A DNA stretch of 64,000 nt from Mytilus trossulus (taxonomy: Eukaryota), in assembly GCF_036588685.1 (NCBI RefSeq), contig NC_086384.1, positions 59,210,001-59,274,000 on the forward strand, written 5' to 3'. Shown piece by piece: positions 1 to 12,459 of the stretch (within the stretch, counting starts at the first letter, position 1; every line of letters starts with the position of its first letter). The position numbers were made by a program, and so were the translations under genes. Below the pieces are notes generated by a model that saw only the letters and a list, made by a program, of their open reading frames with translations, was not told the DNA's origin and ran no database searches.

Positions 1-3000
1 ACCAAAGTGGTAAATGTCCGTTTACCATTATACATACTGATCTTTTCTCAAAACTTCTGTGTGCCAAAGTGGTAAGTGTCCGTTTACCATTATACATACT
101 GATCATTTCTCAAAACTTCTGTGTGCCAAAGTGGTAAGTGTCCGTTTACCATTATACATACTGATCTTTTCTCAAAACTTCTGTGTGCCGAAGTGGTAAG
201 TGTCCGTTTACCCTTATACATACTGATCATTTCCCAAAACTTCTGTGTGCCAAAGTGGTAAGTGTCCGTTTACCATTATACATACTGATCATTTCTCAAA
301 ACTTCTGTGTACCAAAGTGGTAAGTGTCCGTTTACCGTTATACATAATGATCATTTCTCAAAACTTCTGTGTACCAAAGTGGTAAGTGTTCGTTTACCAT
401 TATACATAATGATCATTTCCCAAAACTTCTGTGTACCAAAGTGGTAAGTGTTCGTTTACCATTATTCATACTGATCTTTTCCCAAAACTTCTGTGTACCA
501 AAGTGGTAAGTGTCCGTTTACCATTATACATACTGATCGTTTCCCAAAACTTCTGTGTACCAAAGTGGTAAGTGTCCCTTTATGGTTATACATACAAATA
601 ATTTCCCAAAACTTCTGTGTACCAAAGTGGTAAGTGTCCGTTTACCATTATACATACTGATCATTTCCCAAAACTTCTGTGTACCAAAGTGGTAAGTGTC
701 CGTTTATGGTTATACATACAAATAATTTCCCAAAACTTCTGTGTACCAAAGTGGTAAGTGTCCGTTTATGGTTATACATACAAATAATTTCCCAAAACTT
801 CTGTGTACCAAAGTGGTAAGTGTCCGTTTACCATTATACATACTGATCATTTCCCAAAACTTCTGTGTACCAAAGTGGTAAGTGTCCGTTTATGGTTATA
901 CATACAAATAATTTCCCAAAACTTCTGTGTACCAAAGTGGTAAGTGTCCGTTTACCATTATACATACTGATCATTTCCCAAAACTTCTGTGTACCAAAGT
1001 GGTAAGTGTCCGTTTATGGTTATACATACAAATAATTTCCCAAAACTTCTCTGTACCAATGTGGTAAGTGTCCGTTTACCATTATACATACTGATCATTT
1101 CCCAAAACTTCTGTGTGCCAAAGTGGTAAGTGTCCGTTTACAATTAAACGTACTGATCATTTCCCAAAACTTCTGTGTACCAAAGTGGTAAGTGTCCGTT
1201 TACCATTATACATACTGATCATTTCCCAAAACTTCTCTGTACCAAAGTGGTAAGTGTCCGTTTACCATTATACATACAAAAAATTTCCCAAAACTTCTCT
1301 GTACCAAAGTGGTAAGTGTCCGTTTACCATTATACATACTGATCATTTCCCAAAACTTCTGTGTACCAAAGTGGTAAGTGTCCGTTTATGGTTATACATA
1401 CAAATAATTTCCCAAAACTTCTGTGTACCAAAGTGGTAAGTGTCCGTTTACCATTATACATACTGATCATTTCCCAAAACTTCTGTGTACCAAAGTGGTA
1501 AGTGTCCGTTTATGGTTATACATACAAATAATTTCCCAAAACTTCTGTGTACCAAAGTGGTAAGTGTCCGTTTACCATTATACATACTGATCATTTCCCA
1601 AAACTTCTGTGTACCAAAGTGGTAAGTGTCCGTTTATGGTTATACATACAAATAATTTCCCAAAACTTCTGTGTACCAAAGTGGTAAGTGTCCGTTTACC
1701 ATTATACATACTGATCATTTCCCAAAACTTCTGTGTGCCAAAGTGGTAAGTGTCCGTTTACCATTATACATACTGATCTTTTCTCAAAACTTCTGTGTGC
1801 CAAAGTGGTAAGTGTTTGTTTACCATTATACATACTGATCATTTCCCAAAACTTCTGTGTACCAAAGTGGTAAGTGTCCGTTTATGGTTATACATACAAA
1901 TAATTTCCCAAAACTTCTGTGTACCAAAGTGGTAAGTGTCCGTTTATGGTTATACATACAAATAATTTCCCAAAACTTCTGTGTACCAAAGTGGTAAGTG
2001 TCCGTTTACCATTATACATACTGATCATTTCCAAAAACTTCTGTGTACCAAAGTGGTAAGTGTCCGTTTATGGTTATACATATAAATAATTTCCCAAAAC
2101 TTCTGTGTACCAAAGTGGTAAGTGTCCGTTTACCATTATACATACTGATCATTTCCCAAAACTTCTGTGTGCCAAAGTGGTAAGTGTCCGTTTACAATTA
2201 AACGTACTGATCATTTCCCAAAACTTCTGTGTACCAAAGTGGTAAGTGTCCGTTTACCATTATACATACTGATCATTTCCCAAAACTTCTCTGTACCAAA
2301 GTGGTAAGTGTCCGTTTACCATTATACATACAAAAAATTTCCCAAAACTTCTCTGTACCAAAGTGGTAAGTGTCCGTTTACCATTATACATACTGATCAT
2401 TTCCCAAAACTTCTGTGTACCAAAGTGGTAAGTGTCCGTTTATGGTTATACATACAAATAATTTCCCAAAACTTCTCTGTACCAAAGTGGTAAGTGTCCG
2501 TTTATGGTTATACATACAAATAATTTCCCAAAACTTCTGTGTACCAAAGTGGTAAGTGTCCGTTTACCATTATACATACTGATCATTTCCCAAAACTTCT
2601 GTGTACCAAAGTGGTAAGTGTCCGTTTATGGTTATACATACAAATAATTTCCCAAAACTTCTGTGTACCAAAGTGGTAAGTGTCCGTTTACCATTATACA
2701 TACTGATCATTTCCCAAAACTTCTGTGTACCAAAGTGGTAAGTGTCCGTTTATGGTTATACATACTGATCATTTCCCAAAACTTCTGTGTACCAAAGTGG
2801 TAAGTGTCCGTTTATGGTTATACATACAAATAATTTCCCAAAACTTCTGTGTACCAAAGTGGTAAGTGTCCGTTTATGGTTATACATACAAATAATTTCC
2901 CAAAACTTCTGTGTACCAAAGTGGTAAGTGTCCGTTTATGGTTATACATACAAATAATTTCCCAAAACTTCTGTGTACCAAAGTGGTAAGTGTCCGTTTA

Positions 3001-3628
3001 TGGTTATACATACAAATAATTTCCCAAAACTTCTGTGTACCAAAGTGGTAAGTGTCCGTTTATGGTTATACATACAAATAATTTCCCAAAACTTCTGTGT
3101 ACCAAAGTGGTAAGTGTCCGTTTATGGTTATACATACAAATAATTTCCCAAAACTTCTGTGTACCAAAGTGGTAAGTGTCCGTTTATGGTTATACATACA
3201 AATAATTTCCCAAAACTTCTGTGTACCCAAAGTGGTAAGTGTCCGTTTATGGTTATACATACAAATAATTTCCCAAAACTTCTGTGTATCAAAGTGGTAA
3301 GTGTCCGTTTACCATTATACATACTGATCATTTCCCAAAACTTCTGTGTACCAAAGTGGTAAGTGTCCGTTTATGGTTATACATACAAATAATTTCCCAA
3401 AACTTCTGTGTACCAAAGTGGTAAGTGTCCGTTTACCATTATACATACTGATTATTTCCCAAAACTTCTGTGTACCAAAGTGGTAAGTGTCCGTTTATGG
3501 TTATACATACAAATAATTTCCCAAAACTTCTGTGTACCAAAGTGGTAAGTGTCCGTTTTCCATTATACATATTGATCTTTTCCCAAAACTTATGTGTGCC
3601 AAAGTAGTAAGTGTTTGTTGACCATTAT
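1..3628 (+). repeat. 62-bp tandem satellite (~58 copies, truncated by window start); each unit carries AAAGTG|GTAAGT, a consensus splice donor
   Basis: Unit ACCAAAGTGGTAAGTGTCCGTTTACCATTATACATACTGATCATTTCCCAAAACTTCTGTGT; two main variants; 1054-bp (17-unit) higher-order duplication. Confidence 0.97.
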
Positions 3629-3721
3629 TCGGCTCACTTCCTTTGGTGTTTTGCACTGTGCATCAGCTGATTTTTTGTAATGAACTGATGCACCATATCC
3701 TTTATTTATTATGCATCACCA

Positions 3722-4117
3722 AATAGACCACTTTCGAGTTCATCCGTCACCGGAAAAAACTCGTAAATTATACGCGCCTTTATCATCGTCATTTGTGCGT
3801 TTAGGGGCGTCGTCACTTCCTTCCAATGTTGAGCGAGTGGTTGGAAAACTATAATTCTATCTTGTACGAATTATTCGGCAAATTGAATTCTCAAAATTGA
3901 CAATCAACACGGCTGTCATTAGAGAAATGTCAGTAAGTACCTACAGAGCAACCATTATTTCTAGTTTATCCTGCACAAAGACGATCACTAAGACGCTTGA
4001 TGAACGTAAATAGTGCAGGGATACAGGCGAGCCCCTCTATCTGATAAATGACGTCAGAAAGGCGTGTATAATTGACGAGTTTTTGCCGGTGACGGATGAA
4101 CTCGAAAGTGGTCTATT
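3722..4117. mobile_element. MITE with ~60-bp terminal inverted repeats
   Basis: AATAGACCACTTTCGAGTTCATCCGTCACCGG at the left end, its reverse complement at 4086-4117; no ORF. Confidence 0.85.
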
Positions 4118-4632
4118 GATCTTCATTTTCGATAATTCTTTTTTTTGTCTTTACTTGCTGTTTATAATACTTTGTTTTTACTTTGCTTTTATTTCTTTCA
4201 ATTTGTGACGCCTTCCTTTGCTCGATACGTATATTTATAATATCGGAATATGTTGCTTATATTTAAAGTTTGCCCTCATCATACATGTATATATGTATAT
4301 GTATATAGATAATAGAGAATGAAAACAGAAAAATAAAACACAGCAGAATGCAGAGTAAATATTGGTAAAAAAAGAAACTCGAGTCCGATGTTAGAATAGG
4401 CAACAAAAGGAAATAATGAAAATGACAATGATTCAAACATTAACAAAGGACTTAAAGTAGATACTGACATGACAATGATCCACAAATTACCTACTTAATA
4501 TATATTTTGTGAAGTATATGAAAGGGTTTATAAGCGGTGTGCTGTTTATGTAAAAAGTCTTTTAAAAACGTTAAATGTATAGAATAAAACTATTGAACTG
4601 AAAAATATTTATTTTCTATTAATATATGATAG

Positions 4633-4848
4633 AAATTTGGAGGTGTACGGAGAGACTTGGGCTTATGCGAGAGAAGTATACGTAATTTCGAAAAAAGTGA
4701 AGAGCCCGGATTAAACGTAAACAAAGTAGTAGAAGAAAGATTTCTAGCCAAAAAATTACAAAACTTGAAATCAAAAGACAGCAAAGAACTGAAGAAAATG
4801 GAGAAAGTCATGTCGGAGTTTGAAGAGTTAGGAGGAGAAATAATGAAG
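4633..4848 (+). CDS. Internal exon (phase 0/0) of an unidentified upstream gene: KFGGVRRDLGLC...EELGGEIMK
   Basis: tag acceptor at 4630-4632, AAG|GTTCGT donor, open frame, phase-compatible with the next exon. Confidence 0.6.
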
Positions 4849-5885
4849 GTTCGTACAGACTATCGAGTTTTATAAACATGGTGAGGTGATGAAATGTCGA
4901 AGGTTCGTATCGAATATCGGGTTTTCTAAACATGGTGAGGTGGTGAAATAACGTAAGTTCGTATAGACTTTCTGATTTTCTAAACATGGTGAGGTAGTGA
5001 AATATCAAAGGTTCGTATGAATATCGGTTTTTCTAAACATTGTGGTGTGGTGAAATATCGAAGGTAAATATCGAATATCGGGTTTTCTAAATATGACAAG
5101 TTGGTGAAATATCGAAGTTTCAAATTTCGACTTTTGGATTTTCTAACATGGTGAGGTGGTGAAATATCGAAGGTTCGTATCTACTGTTGGACTTTCTACT
5201 TTTGGATTTTCTAAACATGGCGAGGTGGTGAAATATCAAAGGTTCGTATAGACTATCGGGTTTTCTTAACATAACGAGTTGGTGAAATATCGAAGATTCG
5301 TATCGAATATAGGGTTTTTCTAAACATGGTGAGGTGGTGAAATATCGAAGGTTCGTATCGACTATCGGGTTTTCTTAACATGATGAGGGGGTTAACTATC
5401 GAAGGTTTATAAAGACTATCGGGTTTCATAAACATGACGGTGTGGTGAAATATCGAAGGTAAATGTCGACTATCGGGTTTTTTCAACATCGTGGGGTGTT
5501 GAAGTATCAAAGGTTCGTATGTACTGTAAGATTTTTTACTTTTGAATTTTCTAAACATGGTGAGGTGGTGAAATATCGAACGTTATTATCGAATATCGGG
5601 TTTTCTTAACATGGTGAGGTAGTAAAATATCAAAGGTTCGTATAGACTATCGGGGTTCCTAAACATGGTGGTGTGGTGAAATATCGAAGGCTAATATCGA
5701 CTATCGGGTTTTCTAATCATAGCGAGATGGTGAAATATCGAAAGTTCATATCGAATATCGTTTTTTTTTAAACATGGTGTGTTAACAAGGTGAGGTGGTA
5801 AAATATCGAATGTTCGAATAGACTATCGGGTTTTTTTTTTACACAATTTTACAATGTAAGTAGTTAAATATCGAAGGTTCGCATA
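4828..5885 (+). repeat. ~54-bp tandem array (~19 copies) derived from the exon end/donor at 4848
   Basis: Unit GAGGTGGTGAAATATCGAAG|GTTCGTATCGACTATCGGGTTTTCTAAACATGGT resembles exon end GGAGGAGAAATAATGAAG|GTTCGTACAGACTATCG; degenerate copies at ~6140-6260. Confidence 0.9.
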
Positions 5886-6780
5886 GGTTTGCTACATGTG
5901 ATTACAAAATTTTGCTAGAGGGAAATATCAAAGGATTGTTAATACTATATTAATTGTGGTTTCGTTTTAACCAACATGCTCGTACATATTTAATTTCGTG
6001 GTTTTGCCATTGGGTGTATATAAGTCTATAGAAAATTTGTAATTCGTTGAATATTTTATTTCAAGGTTCATATAGATCTGTACCCACGAAATACACGAAA
6101 GTAGGTATTCAACGAATAATAATAAATCCACCGTATCTGGGTTTCTACACACTGTAAGCTGATGAAAAATATCGAACGTTCATATCGAGTATAGGGTTTT
6201 CGACACATTGTTATGTGGTGAAATATCGATGGTTCGTACAGACTAATGGGTCTTGTATATACATTGTTAGGTTTTAATTCTACGTTATTATCGGTGAACT
6301 TATCATTGTTAATCATACCACTTCTCTGTGAAATGTGTTGTGCAAATGGACAAAATATCGCGAGCCTAAATCCATTTATTGGAAACACAAGAAACCGCGG
6401 AGGGATACGAACACCGGAGAGCAATTAATGAAAAAAAAATTGTAACGCTGAAGTAAAATCTGAATCAAATTACCATCATGGAGTTATTATAAAGTATTAT
6501 GAGTTTGCATTACATCCAATTACACAAATGTCTCGCTCCTCTCGCTCATTCTAAATAAGGAATCGAAATATAATAAAAGCAACATTCATAATTGTGATCT
6601 GTGATCATGAAATCACTGGATTCTTCAAAACTCGGCAGATTCCTTAGAAAAAATAAAAGAGTTTTAATTTTAATCAAATAATTAGTTAATCATGATTAAT
6701 TGAGTTTTTGATTTCAACTTAATTGTAGTTTAAATGTGAGTTATTAACGTGTTCCTTTGTAGCTCGCTAACATTATACAG

Positions 6781-6869
6781 GAACAGATTCTAAGAAGAAC
6801 GAAGGACCAAATGAACAGTATCCATAACAACTTAAAAACTATATTGTGTACCTGCAAATTAGACAACAA
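6781..6869 (+). CDS. Internal exon (phase 0/2) of the unidentified gene: EQILRRTKDQMNSIHNNLKTILCTCKLDN(K)
   Basis: ctaac branch-like motif plus cag acceptor; AA|GTAAAT donor; open frame. Confidence 0.55.
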
Positions 6870-7592
6870 GTAAATATCAATTGTAACATAAATTGGGTTT
6901 TCAGAGTTTGATGTTTTAATGAAATAATTTGCTTAAAAAGTGTGTTGAGGAAAAACCATGGTATATTATATGAAATTTGATGTTATCATACTTTGCTAAT
7001 TAAATATGCAACTCAACTAGTATACGAATTAAGGAAAGAAGGCTGAGCTTAGCTATAGTGCAACATATTAATTTTCATGTTATTCCATGGTCGAAGCTCC
7101 ACCCTTTTTTTGAAAGGTATCCGCCTCTGAAATATTCAAGAAACTGAAAAACGTAAAAGGTCAACATCTTCATTTGTTTTCATTTTATAACAAAAAGCAA
7201 TTAATCATGTGTACCACATCTAAAGAAACGGTTTTTTTTTCAAACAAAATAGGATTTTTACGAGTTCCCTTGATTTTGGAGGACGAATTCTGACATCGGA
7301 CTCAGCCTTCTTTTAAACTCAGTTTTACTGTGTGTATTGCTGTATGTTTGTTTACATGTTCTACATTGGCTAGAGGTATAGGGGAGGTTTGAGATTTATA
7401 TCACAAGAGATGTTTGACACTTCTGCATGTTTGTGCCAGTCCCAAAGTATAAGACTTCAGCAATGCAATGGCAACTTGATTTGTACAAGAACTAGTGGTG
7501 ATGGTTAAGAAAGCAAAACTTGTATAACATTGTACAATAATTGCAGGATAAATATGTAACCTATACAACTTGTCTTGTCTGATATTTTGTAG

Positions 7593-7701
7593 ATACGAGA
7601 TAGTAGACAACACACTCAGTTCGTATTGGAAGGGAGATATATCAGAACACATCTACAAATATTACAGCGATATATACAAGTTTCCTGTCATAGAATCTAC
7701 G
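7593..7701 (+). CDS. Internal exon (phase 2/0) of the unidentified gene: YEIVDNTLSSYWKGDISEHIYKYYSDIYKFPVIEST
   Basis: ttttgtag acceptor, ACG|GTAAGA donor, phases match both neighbours. Confidence 0.6.
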
Positions 7702-8107
7702 GTAAGAATCGGAATGATTTTTATTGGTTTATTTTATAAGTACATGTAATCATGGTTTTCTTTCTGTTTCCAATAAGTATTAATCATTATCCAATAGAAA
7801 ATTGACCACAGACGGATTTAAGTGTTCTGTTTAGGCCCTTACCAAAAAATGCTTCCACATAATATAAATTTGACTGTCTTATAGCCTCTGATGCAGTTTA
7901 AGAAGTTAATATTCGAAGAAAACCTATTTTCAGTATTTTTTATTTATTTTGATATATTTTTTTAATTGTACGGTCATTAAGACGTTAGCCAGACATCTTT
8001 TTACTTGAAAATGGACAAAACAACAAGGAATTTTTGAACGGATGACATATTAGGTTAAAAATTCAACATTACTTGGTATAGTGACCGCATTTCAACTAAC
8101 GTACTTA

Positions 8108-8366
8108 GGGAGCAACCATTTGATTTTTAGGGGGGGGCTAGGAAGAAAAATGTTGTCCTACATTTTTTTTAGCTGTAATCTCTGTCCTGTCTTTTTATTT
8201 TTCACTCTGTTCGGTCCTGCATTTTTTTTTTTTAGTTTATCTTGCCTTTTGTTTTTGCAAGTGTCTCATCCTGCTTTTTTTTTACTCAAAACTCCTGTCC
8301 TGCCTATTTTTTTTTCAAATTTCATCCTAGCCCCCACCCCCCAAAAAAAATCAAATGGTAGCTCCC
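8108..8366. mobile_element. MITE, PIF/Harbinger-like
   Basis: TIRs GGGAGCAACCATTTGATTTTT / AAAAATCAAATGGTAGCTCCC, flanked by a TTA duplication. Confidence 0.8.
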
Positions 8367-8470
8367 TTATAAACGTCGAATTAGATCTGTTAGGATGTCA
8401 GAAAACCCATTATTTGCATTCTTTGAGATGTTGAATTTTTTCGTATAATTTAATTACGTCTTGCTCTTAA

Positions 8471-8679
8471 GGGGGTAGACCTTGGTCCAGGGAGATAACT
8501 CTTTAATTCAGTGATGCGTTTGTAATAGTCAAGTTTTATTAATGTATTTTAAGCATTTACCTGAAACAGATTGAAAATAATCTATGTATTCTAGAAGCTT
8601 AGAACATATTTATGAAAATGGCTGACACAAACATACGGATGATTTTAAGAGTTATTTCCCTTAACCTAGGTCTACCACC
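8471..8679. mobile_element. MITE with TTAA target duplication (Kolobok-like)
   Basis: TTAA|GGGGGTAGACC...GGTCTACCACC|TTAA, imperfect ~33-bp TIRs. Confidence 0.75.
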
Positions 8680-8706
8680 TTAATTTAACCTTGTTCACTC
8701 TTGCAG

Positions 8707-8815
8707 ACGACTTTTACAAATTGGGGATACTTGTTTCATCTTCAACCCACCATATTACATCGTAAACCCAGAAGTGACGATGAAATTGAAATTATATTCC
8801 TGAACTCTAGCTATG
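8707..8815 (+). CDS. Internal exon (phase 0/1) of the unidentified gene: TTFTNWGYLFHLQPTILHRKPRSDDEIEIIFLNSSY
   Basis: ttgcag acceptor, ATG|GTAAGC donor, lies within ORF 8701-8976. Confidence 0.6.
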
Positions 8816-11284
8816 GTAAGCAATTTAATTCAACTGTAATGTCATACAAGACTAATTTTAGTTTGTTCATCTCTAATTTCAGTATGTATCTTTATGTAAG
8901 TGAGCGCCATTTCATTTCAAGAGAAAGAAAGGGGGGTCCTCAATATGATAAAGAAAAAAAGTGTGGTAAATTATGAACAAAATATTCTGAATCCAGATTT
9001 TCTTCATACCTTTAAGTATTTTTAAATCATTGAATAATTAGATCATATATCATTGACTTCAATAATGAGCAGAATAATATAAGAAAATGTAGTATGAATG
9101 CCAATAAGAAAACTCTTTATCTAAGTCACTATTCCTAAAAGTAAACCATCATAGGCCAAAGTACGGTTTTCAACACGAAGCATTAGCTTACACTGCATGA
9201 ACAACAAACTATAAAGGCCCCCCAGAAACGATATCCTTGTTACTACTAATATATATATATATTACAAAGAAAATTGAGTAAATTGCGGTTATACGAAAAA
9301 CCAAAACATTAACCCTGCTAATATAGCTATAACCAAATGTAAATATTCTACCAAAGTAAGCTCTTGTTTGTGTAAAGTAGATTGGCAAGAAATATAGAAT
9401 GGAGATGTTTTATTGATAAAATTATGTTCTCTCTATTTAAATTGCTATCCAAGCATCTTAAAAAGACTTCATTATATTGAAATGAAAATTCAATGACTTT
9501 TGATCAAAGAGTCTTGATCATATCCTGAGATTAAAAAAAAAATGTTTCCTTCTTAAAAATTCATTTTAAAGCAGAAAGATAAATGTCCACTTGACTTGGA
9601 GTTTCACAATTGATGACATTATTTTGGATCTTTCAATTCAAATATAAGTGAATATCGATAGGGGATTAATAAAGGAATCAAAAGAGTAAAAAAATATACA
9701 TATCAATGTGCTTGATTTCGAGATATTAGCCATTGAAATTTTGGCTGGAAAATATTCTCTTGACTTTTCATAGCTATTTCATTGACAGGTAAATCAATTG
9801 TATCTGATTTTATGCCCTTTATGGGCCCTGTAATTTGGGAAATAAAAATATTCTATTCTATTCATTCTCAAAACTATCAAAGAATAATTTGAATTTTTTT
9901 ATAAGACTTTTACAGCTTGCTTAATATCATTATACATGTAAAAGATTTATAAAAAGATAAATGGGGGTCAATGCCATTTTTTTTGGGCATTCAAATGAAT
10001 AAAACCCGAGGTTTCCGAAAATCTGACAAAAAATCAAAAACCCTGACAAACGAACTGCATTATATCTTAACTAACCTCTGACGCTAAACACAAGTTATAG
10101 GTAATCGATCTTATATATATAAAATTTCTGAAAAAAATGATTCTATTTATAATCAGGCTCTCCGACCAAACACAAATCTTTTCAAGAATCTACATGTATA
10201 TCTTTAAAAAAATAAACCTACCCCCTCCCCCTTTTCTAACCTTCCAACCATATTATTACATTATATATTACATTTGTTGAACCTTATGAAATAAACAGAA
10301 TAGACTGTAAGTGAAGCAAAGCAGTCATATTCCAATTTGAAAATAAACACCCTCTATTTATGTATTTTTTACATAAGTTTCTATTTATGCACTTTTCAGA
10401 GTGGATGTTGCTATGGATAATATGTGTTTCCATGGTAACAATTGAAGTCAACAACACTTGACGTTTGTAATTTAAAGTTTGCATTAGCTTTTATGTATTT
10501 TTCTTATCGGTTAAGCTCTTAAACTGCAATATTCTGCAAATGAAAACTCCGTTTCCAAGGAAAAAATCGGTTGCTATGGTGATAAAACTAAAAAAAATCC
10601 CACACATTTTTCTATTAAATTTGGTAAAGTAGTATCCAAACTTCATAACTATAGTGCTAACTATTCTGTACACATTTGCACTTTTCTGAAAAACACCAGA
10701 GAAAATGTGGTAATTCAGCAAAAATCCCAATTTCAGAAAAGTTGAAAATATGCATTTTTTCACAAAATTTTACAAAACAATTACAAATTTGGTTGACATG
10801 CAATCTTCACCAAAATGAAGCTTAAACCAAGTTCTATCAATGTTACATATGAAAATTAATGAAAAATGCACGATTTGGTTCATAGTCAGGCTCTGAATTG
10901 TGGTGATTTAGCTGATTTTTGAAAGATTTTACCATGCTTAACAACCAAAAAATTGTGTGTCCGTTACCATGACAACCACTCATATTTTCCCACTCAAAAT
11001 TATTTTTTGAGCATTTTTCATTTATTGCTTCTACTAGACCAATTATAGAAAAAATCTGAAACCTTCATGTATCGCACTCTGCCTGGTTCTTACAAAGAGC
11101 TGTACTTAAGTTGTGATTGATAGCGTCGAAAAACTATAAAAAGAACAGGTGTTTTTCGCCGAAACGTTATGACTCAGATTAAAACCATAGCCACACCTTC
11201 ACATTCCCTTTGAAGTTAAATGGTTGTTCTTTATGCTGGATCCCTTCCGTTTTGTACTTGGTTTTTACCATCAGACTAATCCAG

Positions 11285-11337
11285 CTAGCAGCCGAAGGAT
11301 GTCAATGTGGAGCAGCATTCAGGAGATCGTCAATAAT
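11285..11337 (+). CDS. Candidate exon (phase 1/0): (A)SSRRMSMWSSIQEIVNN
   Basis: actaat..ccag acceptor, open frame compatible with the previous phase-1 donor; weak donor GTGTGT. Confidence 0.4.
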
Positions 11338-11590
11338 GTGTGTATACTGCCTGTAATAATGTGTGTATACTGCCTGTAATAATGTGTGTATACTGCCTGT
11401 AATAATTTATGTATACTGCCTGTAATAATGTGTCTATACTACCTGTAATAATGTTTGTATACTGCCTGTAGTAATGTATGTATACTGCCTGTAATAATTT
11501 ATGTATACTGCCTGTAATAATTTATGTATACTGCCTGTAATAATGTGTCTATACTACCTATAATAATGTTTGTATACTGCCTGTAATAAT
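11332..11590 (+). repeat. 23-bp tandem array (~11 copies) starting at the candidate exon end
   Basis: Unit AATAAT|GTGTGTATACTGCCTGT. Confidence 0.9.
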
Positions 11591-11814
11591 TCTAATACAA
11601 AATTAAAGATGGATGTTGGTCTTATTTGTGGTATATTTATACATTGCATCAATTTTCAAACAGTTAAAGGCTCAAAATTAGTTAACATACATTTTGATAT
11701 TTATTTGCATATTTTAAGTCGATTTCTATCCGAAGCATCTTATGAATATACTGGTTAACCGTTTCGCTATGCAAGCTTAAGAGATAGTATCGAAATTATA
11801 CATTTTTGTATATT

Positions 11815-11947
11815 TAATACTGGTTCTAATATAAAATTTATTTATAGGACGGATTTTCTCTTCCTCTAACTGTAAATTATATATCTAATACTGGTTCTAA
11901 TATAATATTTATTTATAGGACGGATTTTCTCTTCCTCTAACTGTAAA
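11815..11947 (+). repeat. 71-bp-period direct duplication containing an acceptor, 24 nt and a GT donor
   Basis: TTTATTTATAG|GACGGATTTTCTCTTCCTCTAACT|GTAAA present twice. Confidence 0.85.
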
Positions 11948-12426
11948 CACCTAGTATCTTCAAGTTACAAAGTACATGAACATGGAGTAATTAAAGAGAA
12001 GCAAGGTATGAAAAAACTTTAATTCATTTTTTAAACATTTTTTTTTTTAAAGCAAACAATTGAGCTTTTTATTTTATCATTATTTCTGTTTGTGTGAAGT
12101 GGCAAATATTTAATGCATGTTCAGGACTAGCACAAGTTAACAATGAATATATGTAGAAGATATGGATTCAAATAACACACCTATATATATATAGAGAGAG
12201 AGGTTGTCCATGACGAAGATATATTTGAAGATGACTGAAAGTTTGCCTCTCAACTACCCATGTGCGGACTCATAAGAGAGTTAGGTTCTTAACTTATAGA
12301 GAGCTTGGTCATCTCTGATACATCGAATTAACTGTGTGTTTTTGGTATATATAATTGCCGCAGGAAAAGTGTAAGTATGTACTCTTATTTGACAATTAAA
12401 ACTTATCAATGCTATTATTTTTTCAG

Positions 12427-12459
12427 ATGTCAGTGTTAAATGTAAACTATGGCTTCTAG
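12427..12459 (+). CDS. Candidate terminal coding exon of the unidentified gene (MSVLNVNYGF*)
   Basis: Strong tttttcag acceptor; phase-0 reading ends at TAG. Confidence 0.3.
   Translation: MSVLNVNYGF

Noticed and set aside
1-3628. CRISPR array or coding ORFs in the satellite
   Set aside because: No unique spacers, eukaryotic context; the ORFs are by-products of the 62-bp periodicity
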